The translations under genes were made by a program, and so were the position numbers. From the human T2T-CHM13v2.0 reference genome, Homo sapiens, in the NCBI RefSeq assembly GCF_009914755.1, contig NC_060933.1: a stretch of 64,000 bases of DNA; one strand, 5' to 3'. Each line of letters begins with the position of its first letter. Position 1 is the stretch's first letter. Positions 29,970 through 47,071 of this stretch are shown piece by piece. The notes beneath the pieces were generated by a model, which did no database searches, was not told the origin of the DNA, and was given only the letters and a program-made list of their open reading frames with translations.

Positions 29970-31004
29970 CTATCAGTAAGACAGTATTTTCAGTAAGAAT
30001 TATTTTATGGAAACCAGGTACAGGAGGGTTGAAATGAACTGGGTCTTTATTCATCTTATAAAGTAAAAATACTTTCTTGCTATCTTGGCTAATAAATCTT
30101 GGTCACTTGGTCTTATGTATCCATTATCATTTTTTTAACACTTACTTTTTGATTATATTTTGCTTCTTCCACATTGAACTGATATTGCTTCCTTACTTTA
30201 TGAAATTCTAATATCATATATTATCAAAGGATAGTAATTCCATCTCTTTTCCATGAATTTATGAATGCAAGCTAATTAATTCACAACTTTAAATTGTTGA
30301 GGTCAGTAAATAGCATGAGAGATTATAAACATCTGGATTGAAAATCCAAGACCTTTGAATCAAAGTGTTTAGTTTTTACTTGATGTAAATCTTAATAAAT
30401 AAGAACGCTAGGCTATTTGCACAAGTGACATGTCTCAGAACAAATTGATGGCATATGTATGATAAACTGTTTGTATGCATAAGAGTTCCTGATATTTACT
30501 GGAATTAGGTACAGCAGATGTCACATTAACATTTGGCAAGTAAAAGCCCATATGAATGATAGTAGAGAGTAAATAGTCTACAAGATTTTAATAGAATGTG
30601 TGTACACACCAGACTTCAGAAAACTATTAAATTTTGAAATATATATACTGACATTGTACCTGGTGAATGTATTTAGAATGAATAGGCCAAAGTAAAAATC
30701 AATGATTCACGGAGGTGGTATTTTTTATCTTCTTTGTAACTCCACAAAATATGTGCTTCACCAAAAAGATAGGAATCAGCATTTCTTAAGGATTTGCAGA
30801 AAATGTTAGAAAAGTAATAGAAGAACTACACAAATGTAGAAAGACCTTCATTAAGTATCTGATATAAAAACCCACAGTACACACAAATACTCTATTCTCT
30901 TTATCACTGGAAAATTTAAAATTCCTCAGGAGTATCAACAGTGTTCTACATATGGCTAAAGTAAGTTAATGTCAACATTTGGATAACACAAAGATTTGAT
31001 TAGA

Positions 31005-31230
31005 TGCAGGGAGATAGTACTGTAGATGAAAGAATGCAGAATACAAACTAGAGAAGATAAAGGCTTTTCTTTAAATTTCAGCACTATATATTAATAATTG
31101 AGCACATTTGAACAAATCCCTTAGCTTCTCTGATATTTATTCAGTTATAAAATGGATACCTTACATGATTTTTTAAATTTTTAAACAATAAAATTACATA
31201 TAGAGTGATTTTTATACAATTACAGACAAA
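31005..31230 (+). mobile_element. MIR remnant
   Basis: tttgaacaaatcccttagcttctctgatatttattcagttataaaatggata core. Confidence 0.55.
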
Positions 31231-31932
31231 AATTTATTAGTAATGGTCAGAGATAGGTGAAAAAGAGAAGAGAAAATAGAGGTAAATTGACTATAGAAAA
31301 TTATGCTAAGATACTGTATTCTGACCTGTCTTGAAGAATGGATCTGGTTACGGGTAAAAGGTATATAAAATAGTACCAACCATTCTGTCTACTCCTCAAA
31401 GTAGCTGTGACTATAAACAGTAGTTTCCCCCTTAACTCTAGCTCATTTGCTAGAGGGAAATGAGTAAACCAATTCACTTGACAAATTACAAAGACCTATG
31501 GGCAAGGTGTAAGAAAAGTTAAACTAAACCAAGCAAATCCTTGCTTTCAGAAACATGAACTAAAAGACTTGAAGTTAGGTTAGGGGAAGGGAACTGAACT
31601 CAGCAGCAAAAACACTATTAAAATTCCATACTCCCAGCTTTGTTGGAACACAAGCAAGGTACACAATCAAAGGAAATGAGGAAGAGATTTAAAAAAAAAA
31701 ACAAATTTTCTCGAGGAATATCTTTGTGGCATTCTCTGTATTTCCTGAATTTGAATGTTGGCCTGCCTTGCTAGATTGGGGAAGTTCTCCTGGATAATAT
31801 CCTGCAGAGTGTTTTCCAACTTGGTTCCATTGTCGCCATCACTTTCAGGTACACCAATCAGACGTAGATTTAGTCTTTTCACATACTCCCATATTTCTTG
31901 GAGGCTCTGTTCATTTCTTTTTATTCTTTTCT

Positions 31933-32313
31933 ACTCCAAGACACATAATTGTCAGATTCACCAAAGTTGAAATGAAGGAAAAAATGTTAAGGGCAGCCAG
32001 AGAGAAAGGTCGGATTACCCACAGAGGGAAGCCTGTCAGACTAACAGCTGATCTCTCAGCAAAAACTCTACAAGCCAGAAGAGAGTGGGGGCCAATATTC
32101 AACATTCTTAAAGAAAAGAATTTTCAACCCAGAATTTCATATCCAGCCAAACTAAGCTTCATAAGTGAAGGAGAAATAAAATACTTTACAGACAAGCAAA
32201 TACTGAGATATTTTGTCACCACCAGACCTGCCCTACAAGAGCTCCTGAAGGAAGCACTAAACATGGAAAGGAACAACCAGTACCAGCCACTGCAAAAACA
32301 TGCCAAATTGTAA
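31933..32313 (+). pseudogene. L1 ORF1p C-terminal remnant
   Basis: MKEKMLRAAREKG...YPAKLSF...QPLQKHAKL. Confidence 0.93.
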
Positions 32314-32376
32314 AGACCATCGAGGCTAGGAAGAAACTGCATCAACTAATGAGCAAAATAACCAGCTAACATCATA

Positions 32377-36209
<3,833 letters not shown>

Positions 36210-36429
36210 ACAATGAGAACACATGGACACAGAAAGGGGAACATCACACACCAGGGCCTGTTGTGGGGTGGGGAGAGGGGGGAGGGATAGCATTAGGAGA
36301 TATACCTAATGTTAAATGACGAGTTAATGGGTGCAGCACACCAACATGGTACATGTATACATATGTAACAAACCTGCACATTGTGCACATGTACCCTAAA
36401 ACTTAAAGTATAATAATAAAAAAAACTTT

Positions 36430-37080
36430 TTTTTAAAAGATAACTTATAGAATATATGAGAGAAATAAATCATATACATTGCTGGTGGAAATGTAAAATG
36501 ACAGAACATTTTGAAAAGCTGGCAATGGTTGCTATAATTAGAACATTTGCTTTTCCTATGAGGCAGTAATTTCACTGTTGGTATATACATAAAAGAAATA
36601 AGTGTATCTGGCCACCGAGAAACATGTATGAGGATGTTCATAGAAGCTTTATTCAAAGCAGGCAGGGCTGGATGCCCATCAAGTGGAGAATGCATAAAGT
36701 GTGATGTATTCATACAGTGAAATACTACACAGAAATAAAAAGAGAAGAAGTTACTACTACACATAAAAACATGAGTAAATATTATAGATAATCTATTCTT
36801 TGAAAAAAATCTTATAGATACTGTGTTCCATGAAGGTACACGAGTGCACCTTCAGCATGATTCTATTTGTATTAACTTCAAAAATCAACAAAATTAATCA
36901 GTGATTAGAAAAGCAAAGAACAAGGGTATAGTCTTGGGAGAAACACAATGATATCAAATGAATTGTTGAAACTATTCTATATATGCTCTAGGGAGTGGTT
37001 ACACAGATATAAATATTTGTTTTAAATTATCCTTATTATCATTCAAGATTAGTATAATTTACGTGTCAATTAAAAAGAGA
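36430..37080 (+). mobile_element. L1ME 3' end
   Basis: atacattgctggtggaaatgtaaaatg, gatgttcatagaagctttattc. Confidence 0.75.
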
Positions 37081-37089
37081 AAGCTCTGT

Positions 37090-40000
37090 TTTCCATAATG
37101 GCAAATAAATAATTTGTTCCAACCTTCCCTTTGATGATAACAAGAAAACTGGGAAAAATATGAAACAACACCTATAGGAAAGTATAGGAAAGCTGACAAA
37201 CCACTGTCGAGTTCAGAGACCAAGATCCAAGGGAAGCAAAAGGGAAACTAACACACGTGATCCTATCCTTGGGACGGTTTTTGCCCTAGATGTACCTGTC
37301 TATTCAGGTATAGGCTACTGTCTGCTGCAGAAAGTCTTCTGGAGACCACCGAAAGTGTGAGATCCTAAACAGAGTTCTAACAGGTAAGTTGACAAATATT
37401 GGAATTCAGAATTTAAATATCAAAGGGATACATGTTAGAAACAGACTGCTCTTGTGAAACTGTGGATTTTGAGGTCCAAAAATGGAGAGAGAAAAAAATG
37501 AGAATCAAAATATAAAAATATAATAACCAAGCACTTTCCAAAACTGATTAACTGTATGAAGCTACAATTTTCAAGGAGCACTGTGAAGTAAAAGAGAAAT
37601 GTTAAAAGCAGCCAGAGTGACAATGGAAGTGAGAAATTAGAATGACATCTTTAATGTGTTGGAAAAAAATAGCTTCCAATGTACTAACACATCCCTTTAA
37701 AGCAAAATCAAAATAAGATATTTTTTCAGGCAAACAGAAACTGAGATTTATTTGTCACCAACAGACTTGCTATAAAGAAACATAAAAGATATATTTTAAA
37801 GTCAGAAGATCAATGGTTCTAGAGGAAAGTTTGGAGATACAAAAAAGAACATAAAGCAGCAATAAAGGTAAATACATGGTATATATTAATAAATATATAA
37901 TTAAAAGTGACAGAACATTCTTGTGTTGAAATACATATATGTGTATGACTAAAATATTTGACAATATATAATGAAATATAACAATAGCACAGATGTCTGA
38001 AGAGAAACAAAGTTAAAATGTTCTGAGGTTCTTGCCCTGTTCAGAAGAGGTATTAATAGATGTTAAACTTTGAAAAATCAAAGCTGCATTTTGTTATCTA
38101 TAGAGTAGTATCCTAAAAATGTACAGTTAAAAAGTGTATGACTACCAAGCTACAATAGGGAAAATATTAACAATAGGTTAAGAAATACATACATAATTAA
38201 CACACATTAAACAAGAGACTACAATGAAAATTTTAAATTATTTTGAAATACATGAAAATAAAAATGCTACAAATGAATCTTCTAGGATGTAGCTAAAGTT
38301 GTGCTTAAATGAAGATTTTATAGTTTTCAGTTCATATATTACAAAACAGTGAAGCCTTAAAATCATTTAGATAATAATCTAAGTATCAGTAGCAGTTACA
38401 AAAAGAATAATATAAGTAGAAAATAAAAATCGTAAACATCAGAGCAAAAATCATTGAAAGCAAAAATTAAAAAGGGGATAAAGCAACCCAAAATTTGTTT
38501 CATGGAAAGTACTAATAGAAATGATAAACCTCTATTGAAACTAATTGAGAAAATAGGAAGAAGGAATAAATAACCAATAACAGATAAACAATAGGATCTA
38601 AAATATATAAAAAAATAATAAGGGCATATTATTAAAAAGTAGAGGTTACATTTCAAAATATAAACAAAATGAATAAAATTTATCTGTAAAAAGACTAATT
38701 AAAACTGAAGTAAGAAAAATTAGAAAATGTGAAATTACCTACATTTATGGAAGAAAATGATGCCATAATTTAAAATCTCCAGGGCAAGATTTCAACAATG
38801 AATTCTGCCAAATATTTAAAAAAGAAAGAAAATCAATTTTAGACAACATTTTATAGAGAAAAAATACAAGAAAACATGTTTTAAATTGTTTTATGAAGAA
38901 AGAATCTCATAAAATTTTTTTAAAAACCAAGAAAATTCCCAGCCAATCGTTGTCAACACTAGAAATAAATTGAATTCAGCTGTGTGTAGAGAGTATAATA
39001 TATCATGAACAAGCTTGAATTTACATCGGGGTACATTTATTGAATACTTTTGAAATGCTAAACATAATTTATCACATTAACAGTAAAAAAAATCGTGATA
39101 CAATTGCTAGAAAATATATTTGGTAAAATTTATTAACATTTCTCACCATACTAGGAATAGAAGAAATATCCTATAATTTAACACATAGCTTATTTTTAAA
39201 AATCTGCAACATGATCGATGCTTCCCAGTGAAATATGAGCAAGCATTTTATCTGAGACTGGGGATAAGTTAGACATACCTACTAAGTTCACTTTTGTTTA
39301 ACACTGTACCAGCAGTCCTACCAATAAAATAAGGCAAGGAAAATAAATCAATTGAATAAAGATTGGAACAAAAGAGATTAAAGGGTCATTGTAGGTTTCC
39401 TGGTTTTATGTAGATATAAAACAATCTATAAAAACTATTAGAATTGATAAGTGAACTTAATAAGATTGCTGATTACAATATACAAAAATCAATTGTATTT
39501 TTATAAAAGAAAAACAAATGATTAAAATCGCACTTTTTAAAAATACCATGTATAGCAGCACTTCAGATAGCCAGGAATAAATCTAATAAATAATGCAATG
39601 TCCTCAAGTCTTCACAGAAAATATAAAAAGCTACTGAGAAAAATTAAAGATATAATAATAGAATAAATGAGAGTATTTATAGTGTTCTAAAATTTAAATA
39701 CTAAATGTTATAAAGATGGCAACTCTCACCAAACAATCTACAAATTTAATGCAGTCATCATCAATGTCTCATCAGTTTTTTAAATCTAAATTGATAATTT
39801 AATTCTAAAATATATGTGGTTGTATATAAAGCCAATAATTACTAAAACAGTGACTAAGAACAAAGATGGAGGACTTACTATGCTGTAAAAGGTAAATAAA
39901 CAAAACTTGTAAAAATAAAATACGGGACTATCTTGTTATCTCTGTGTTAGAGAAAGATTTTTTAAACATTACCCAATAACACAAACCATAAATGAAATGA

Positions 40001-40327
40001 TTATTCTATTAGTCATCAAAACATAAGGAATTTCTGTTAATTAAAAGACAGCATTGAGGATGTGAGAAGGAAAGCCATATCATAACATGGGAGAAGGTAT
40101 TTGAAACACATATAATCAACCAAAGGCTTATAGGCAGTATTTGTAATAGTTATAAATTAATAAGAAAAATATAAACTAATCATGTTAAAATAAAAAAATC
40201 ACTTAAACTCACTTCACTATAAGCCCCAAAGATCAATAATCATGTATAAAAAGATATTTAATATCATTAACCATCATGGAAAAGCTAATTAAAACTACAT
40301 TGTGATACCACCAAGTATCTGCCAGAA
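37090..40327 (+). mobile_element. Ancient L1M (5'UTR, ORF1 and ORF2 remnants with deletions)
   Basis: A-rich; taaagatggcaactctcaccaaacaatctacaaatttaatgca and aagaacaaagatggaggactta ORF2-like motifs. Confidence 0.75.
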
Positions 40328-41108
40328 TGTAACTCTGCCTTCTCCAGCAAAGTCCCATGGAGAAGTACCATCTTGGCACTCTGGGAAAATGTAGCCAGTA
40401 AAATCCTGTATTTACATTGGGTTTGTTCTTGGATGTTTTCTTCTGTAAATGTTGAGGATGATTATGGGACATTTTGAATCTTACATCTAAACCAAATTGG
40501 TCTAAAGGGAGTTACGGGAATCAGATTGAAATTGGATAATAAAGTGAGGAGAAATAAGCACTCTAAAAAAAAAAAAAAAAAAAGGATCAGGAAATGGCCT
40601 GGCTCAATCAGACATTTTAGCAATGCCTGTGAGAGAAGTTTCCAGAACGAACTAAATTCTTCTGACTCCAAGAAATAAAAATGAAATTAACCACATTGGA
40701 GCAAGGGAAATTGGGGAACCATAGTTGTTTTTCAAGGCATTTGGTCTCAGAATATTTTTGCAGTGGATTTCCACCTTAAGGGAAAAGTGGTTCTCCTTGA
40801 AAGAATGAAGTAAAGGGGTGAGTAGCGAAAGTTCTAACGTCACTGCATAGGCTGGTGTACTCTTGCCTTTGAACTTGAGAGAGATTGCTGAGGTTTGTGC
40901 TGTCCAGCCAGAGTTCGATCCAATCAAAACTCAGGTGCTGAAGAAAATATGAAAAATAAGTTTTAACTACATTTTCTGACCACATTAAAATATTTAGTTG
41001 CCAATTAAATCCATAACATTTTCTGAAGTTTCTGGCAGAGAAAGAGTAGGAAATAATTCTGTGGAATGATTAGAAGCAACTAAGATTCTTGAGATAGGTG
41101 TAAGTCTT

Positions 41109-41773
41109 TTTTTTTTAAATTTTATTATAATTTAAGTTTTAGGGTACATGTGCACAATGTGCAGGTTTGTTACATATGTATACATGTGCCATGTTGGTGT
41201 GCAGCACCCATCAACTCGTCATTTAGCATTAGGTATATCTCCTAATGCTATCCCTCCCCCCTTCCCCCACCCCACAAGAGTCCCCGGAGTGTGATGTTCC
41301 CCTTCCTGTGTCCATGTGTTCTCATTGTTCAATTCCCACCTATGAGTGAGAACATGCGGTGTTTGGTTTTTTGTCCTTGCGATAGTTTGCTGAGAATGAT
41401 GGTTTCCAGTTTCATCCCTGTCCCTACAAAGGACATGAACTCATCCTTTTTTATGGCTGCATAGTATTCCATGGTGTATATGTGCCACCTTTTCTTAATC
41501 CAGTCTATCATTGTTGGACATTTGGGTTGGTTCCAAGTCTTTGCTATTGTGAATAGTGCCGCAATAAACATACATGTGCATGTGTCTTTATAGCAGCATG
41601 ATTTATAATCCTTTGGGTATATACCCAGTAATGGGATGGCTGGGTCAAATGGTATTTCTAGTTCTAGATCCCTGAGGAATCGCCACACCGACTTCCACTA
41701 TGGTTGAACTAGTTTACAGTCCCACCAACAGTGTAAAAGTGTTCCTATTTCTCCACATCCTCTCCAGCACAAC
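41109..41773 (-). mobile_element. 5'-truncated L1PA (PA3/PA4-like)
   Basis: ORF 41329-41688 is the ORF2p C-terminus; perfect 13-bp TSD aggtgtaagtctt at 41096-41108 and 41774-41786. Confidence 0.96.
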
Positions 41774-42605
41774 AGGTGTAAGTCTTAAGAGTACCTGAAC
41801 TGTATTCCTACGAATATGCTAAGCATAAGGTTTTGTATATAATTTCTATTACCTGGGAAAAAATTTACTTCAGCAGAAAAAGAACTTTTGGGTAAATCTG
41901 GGGAAAATTTAATGGATCAGCCAAAGAATGCCCATACTGATATTTAAATTTATGATTGATTGCTTTCATTTTTAATGTGTTATTTCCTTTCTCGATGTGT
42001 GGTAATTTAGATGTAATTTGTTTCCAAATGTTTTGTATAGATGTTTCTGTACTTATGACCACGTGTTTCCTGGCCACAATTGGAAATGCTATGATGAATT
42101 ATTTTTTGCAACTGCTTTGAGTGACAAATTTTTGCGTTTTAAGTGTGAATCACTCATTACCTATATTACATATTACAGTGCATAGAAAAATCCTAAATAC
42201 TGTCAAAAGAATGTAGACTTCACTTATCTTAAATCCTCCAACCCAAGACACTGTCTCTTTTTCACATAGTACTCAACAAACTAGAGCCTTCAGGGAAAGG
42301 GAGGCTAATAATCTCTACTTTATTTCTACAAAACAAAAATTCCTCAACTACACTATTTAAGAACATAATGTCTGTTAGAAAATTCCTTGCCCTCAGTAAA
42401 ATGCCCTTAGTAAATCTTAGGATTTAATCTCTAAGAGAGGTTTTCAAAGTAGAGTGCATTTTAGAATTCCTCACTGTAAAAGTATTTTTTTTTCAGGTTT
42501 ACCAAACCAGCTAATGAAATAGCAGAAAACTTAACTCCCTAGGAAGGATAAATTTTACCATACAGCTATGGCAAAATTTCAATTGTATGTATCAAATTGT
42601 CTTTT

Positions 42606-42616
42606 GTGACTCAGCA
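42606..42616 (+). promoter_or_regulatory. Consensus ARE/MARE (NRF2-sMAF/BACH; AP-1 core) motif
   Basis: GTGACTCAGCA matches RTGACTCAGCA; motif only, function unknown. Confidence 0.3.
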
Positions 42617-43544
42617 TGAGAAATACTAATACATTTTGTTATGTATTCACATCTTTATACACATCGCAGCTCATTAAAGGATGTAAAACTGTATCTAAGA
42701 TTAAAAAATAATGATATGAATTTAGAAAAAGTTAAAGAAAGATAATTAGGGGAGGTTCAATATATAAATGGTAAGAACTATACACTTGCTATAATAAATT
42801 TGGACCTATTTATTTACTCTGAATAAAAATTGACATAATTGCTAAAAAGAAGACTGGATAGTATAATGAAACAGAGACATTATGCAATGAAGTCAGAGAA
42901 CAGATATTGAACAGGCTTAATATATTTTAATTAAGATATATTTTTCGACTCAGTGATTTATTCACTTTGTCTTCATATGGATGGGAATAAAATTTTATTC
43001 TTGAGAAATCATCTACTAGGTGAAGTTTTTGCTAGCACACATGATGATAGTAAACTATACTACCAAGGCGAACTCCAATTATATATCTTTTCATGTGATA
43101 CATGCAAGATAAAGAAAATGTTAGCTAGGAAAGCATTTGGCACATGCTAGGCATAAAGTAACTTTTATTTTTATAAAGGGAAAATTGCTGTGAAATGATT
43201 AGTTTAATTGCTATAAAGGGGGTTACATGTTTTAGAGTGAACTACCTTTTTCTTTGTCTGATGATGGATGAACACAATACATTATGTAAAACTGAAATGT
43301 GGTATTGAATATTTGATTCAACCAGCTGTTTGAAAAACTCCTACAATGACAGAGAAGAATGATAAAGCTATTTGCATTTGCTTATGGCTTTCTGCCTTTC
43401 TTTGTACAAATTACTGTATTTCACAAAAGATTTCTATGAATTAATTCTAGAGATGTTGAGAGATAAATAGAAAGTAAAGAAAATTCAGTACTGAGCAGAG
43501 GCTATGTCAAGTAGTAGGTAAAATTGTGTCCTGCAGTTGCAGAT

Positions 43545-44020
43545 ATTTATGCTTAATAATCAACAACCCAAAACTTCGTGCTTAAAGCAATAAGAATTAT
43601 CTATTTTGCTCACAAATTTGCAATTGAAGTGTGACCCATTGAGGATGATTCACTTCTGTTCTGTACCATTTCTTGGACCACAGCTGGAATAATTTGAATG
43701 GCTGGGCACTAGAACATCTAGGAGCTGGGAAAACATGCAGTCTCAGGGCCTCTTCATTTGATCTTTCCAGTGGTCCTTCCATTATGGCAGCCGCATGTGT
43801 TATTATATGATGGTAGAGACAAGAGCTAGTGTCATAAGATGCCTCATAGGAAATTGCAAATCTTCTAATGACTTAGCTTCAGGTGTCCTAGAACATCATC
43901 TCCACCTCAGTCCATGGTTAAGCTGCTATGAGCAGCTCATATTCAAGGGCAGAGATATTAGACTCCACCTCTCAATGGGAAAAGTTGCAAAGAATTTTTA
44001 GCAGTCCTTAACTTACCATA
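43545..44020 (-). mobile_element. MLT1G/H-type MaLR LTR
   Basis: caacccaaaacttcgtgcttaaagcaataag; attcaagggcagagatattagactccacctctcaatggga. Confidence 0.75.
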
Positions 44021-44039
44021 TCTCCAATGGGTTATTTGT

Positions 44040-44466
44040 ACAGTATCTAGTGTCTCATTTTTTGGCAATTGCTGCACTCATTCCTCCAATGTTACGTCCC
44101 ATTTCAAATGTCTTTAACGTAACATATTCTCAATACCCTTTCATATAACAATATTCTCCTGGCTACAGTTATTTAGACTAGAAATGGACCTGTGACCCTA
44201 GCTAGACCAATTAGAGATTTTTCCCTGGAAATGTAAAAAATTTTAAATAAACATACAAAGGTTAATCTCTCTCAAAAAGGCTTCAATCTCTTAAGTGATT
44301 AACAAAGAATCAGCATCTGAGTACTTCTTCCTAGTAACTTCCTGGGCCTTCATCATTATCTTTGGATTCTGTGAGACATAAAGCAATCTTTATAATAAAA
44401 TGTACTTAGTAACTTAAAGCTAATTTTAATGGATTTCTGTTTCTTTAAAAAGTGCCGTACCTAACA
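44040..44466 (+). mobile_element. Old MLT1 (K-N type) LTR
   Basis: ggacctgtgaccctagctagaccaattagagatttttccctgga; ttggattctgtgagac...aataaa...aagcta...gatttctgtt. Confidence 0.5.
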
Positions 44467-44723
44467 AAATATCTATATAGAAAAAAAAAAAACAGCTATT
44501 GATAAGACTGAAGTAAAATTGAAAAGTCAGTCAATGGACATACCTAGAAGTCCAGATAAATTTATTTGTGCAAATTGAGCAAGCTGGTGTTTTTGTTACC
44601 TCCAAATACTCATGCTACCTTTTGACAACTACAAGTTGATACTTTGGTTCCAAGTATTTTAAGGAATGAACTTTTTGCTCTTATGTCTTGATTTCACGTT
44701 TTTTATACTCTTAGCCATGGAAT

Positions 44724-44988
44724 TGAAATAGGAAAAGTTCCCTAACCCCCATTACAGGGCGTGCAATGGGGGTGTGGCTCGCTTCTTCAGTGCCCCATTG
44801 CTCAAACCTCTAGGGGGAGCAGGCAGGCAGGCAGGCTGTGGGGCTTCAACCCCATGGCAGGTTCTAGGGGTGAATGTTTTTTTATGTGGGGACCTCACCT
44901 AGGTCCCTCGGCACGGGCCCGGGGTGGAGCCCTAGCCAGGGACCACTCCCTCCCCTTCCCAGCACTTCCCTGCCCGCCTTCTATATCA
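44724..44988 (-). mobile_element. MER52 (ERV1) LTR with large internal deletion
   Basis: Both termini present (tgaaataggaaaagttccc...gggggtgtggctcgcttcttcagtgcccc; cagcacttccctgccc...tatca); 4-bp flanks gaat/gaaa. Confidence 0.8.
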
Positions 44989-45401
44989 GAAACAATATGA
45001 TGTTTTGCTATAGGTGGTAGCAGTCTTGAACCCAGAGATGATAAAGATGATTGAGCATGCAATGTCCTGATGCTGTTAAATAAGACTTGCAAAAGTTCGT
45101 TTCAGTTTGGGATGATAGAGATCTGTTAGAAGTCTGATGTGAGGAAAAGGAGAAGGTATAACTGATTTGGAAGCAACGATGAAAACAAAGAAACAAAAAG
45201 GAAAAGCGCAAAATACAACCAATGGGAATAAGCATAAAAGAATATTCACTGTATGTGTATTGTAATGAGTATCTTGCCATTAGCTCTTATTAAGAATGTT
45301 TACAAGAATTTAAAGAGAACATAAACTTTTCAGGATACATGTTTTACCGATGTTCTAGGTAGAAAATAGATATTTCCAAGTGACCTGGTCCCTCCATATT
45401 A

Positions 45402-45743
<342 letters not shown>

Positions 45744-46782
45744 CTAATAGATCATAGATAGACATCAGACTAAAAATACTTTATGGCAACAGTAGCATGT
45801 GGTTCAATGTCTGGCAGTATATTTCCACCTGCTCATCGTGGAAGTAACAAACAGAAGATCATATCAGGCAAGGAGTTAAGAGGTGAAAGCAATAATAATT
45901 TTTAAAAAATGTTTGTCATCAAGACCTTGGTATGGGAGGAAGATAATTTCAGTAGAATCCAGATCTATCACAAACATACTCTTTTCTAGCATAAGTGTTC
46001 TCAAAATGTTAACTCTCTTCTAGAATTCTTATGGCTATATTGATTTTTAAAAGCCACTTGAAAGCACAAATGACATGAGTAAAATATTTTTTAATTTCTT
46101 TATGTCCTTCACTTTTAAAACTACCGAATCAGAATCCCTTGAGAGGAAGATTTTAACAGTAAACTAGGGAAAGTGTAACCTAAATATCACAAGAAAAAAA
46201 GCAATATGGAAGCTAAGAGATAACTTTTTTGATAAATTATGGAGGCTGTACTTTGTTTTATTATATTCAGACTTACAAATTAAAATCTCAGGTTATATTT
46301 CTCATGTTCACCTTTTCTATATATCCAGGAGGACTATCTGGCATTTCCTTTCATTTTGTCTCATTAATAGTAATGAGTCACTGTGAAAGAATTGGATTTT
46401 GAATTACCTATTACTGCTAATGGTAACACTGAGGGAGGGCATTTTCCACATCTAATGATGTCAGCTTGTTTGGTTTTTGAAAGACACCATATTCAGTGTT
46501 CACACAGAAAAAACATCTTTTAAAAATAATTTTATCAGGTTAATGTGAATATTTCTTCCACAGTAAATTATTGGATTTCTCCCAGTCCCCAAATCAGAAT
46601 TAATTGCTATATGCCCTATAGTATTTTGGTCATAGTTCTCGGGGGGAACCTTTTGTTCTTAATTATAGTTTCTCAAGATCATTAATACCTCATCTACTAG
46701 ATTGTAAACCACTTAAAGGAATAAAAAGTCTTATTTATCTTTGTCTAACATAATGCAGTAAGTACAAAAGATAAATATTTTT

Positions 46783-47071
46783 GGCCAGGTGTGGTGGTTC
46801 ATACCTGTAGTCCCAGCACTTTGAAAGGCTGAGGCAGGAAGATTGTTTGAGCCCAGGACTTTGACAACAGGCTGAGCAACATGGTGAAACCTGTCTCTAC
46901 CAAAAATTTTTTTAAAAGCCCGTCATGGTGGCATGTATCTGTGGCCCCAGCTACTTGGGAGGCTGAGGTTGGAGGATCACCTGAGCCCAGATAGTTGAGG
47001 TTGAAGTGAGCAGTGATTGCATCTCTGTACTCCAGCTTGTGTAAGAGAGTGACACCCTGTCTCAAAAAAAA
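46783..47071 (+). mobile_element. AluJ inserted at the end of an L2 remnant (46680-46780)
   Basis: ggaagattgtttgagcccagga and ggaggatcacctgagcccag J diagnostics. Confidence 0.9.

Noticed and set aside
42480-42600. Strong acceptor tttttttttcag at ~42496
   Set aside because: All three frames close within ~50 nt and no independent evidence of an exon
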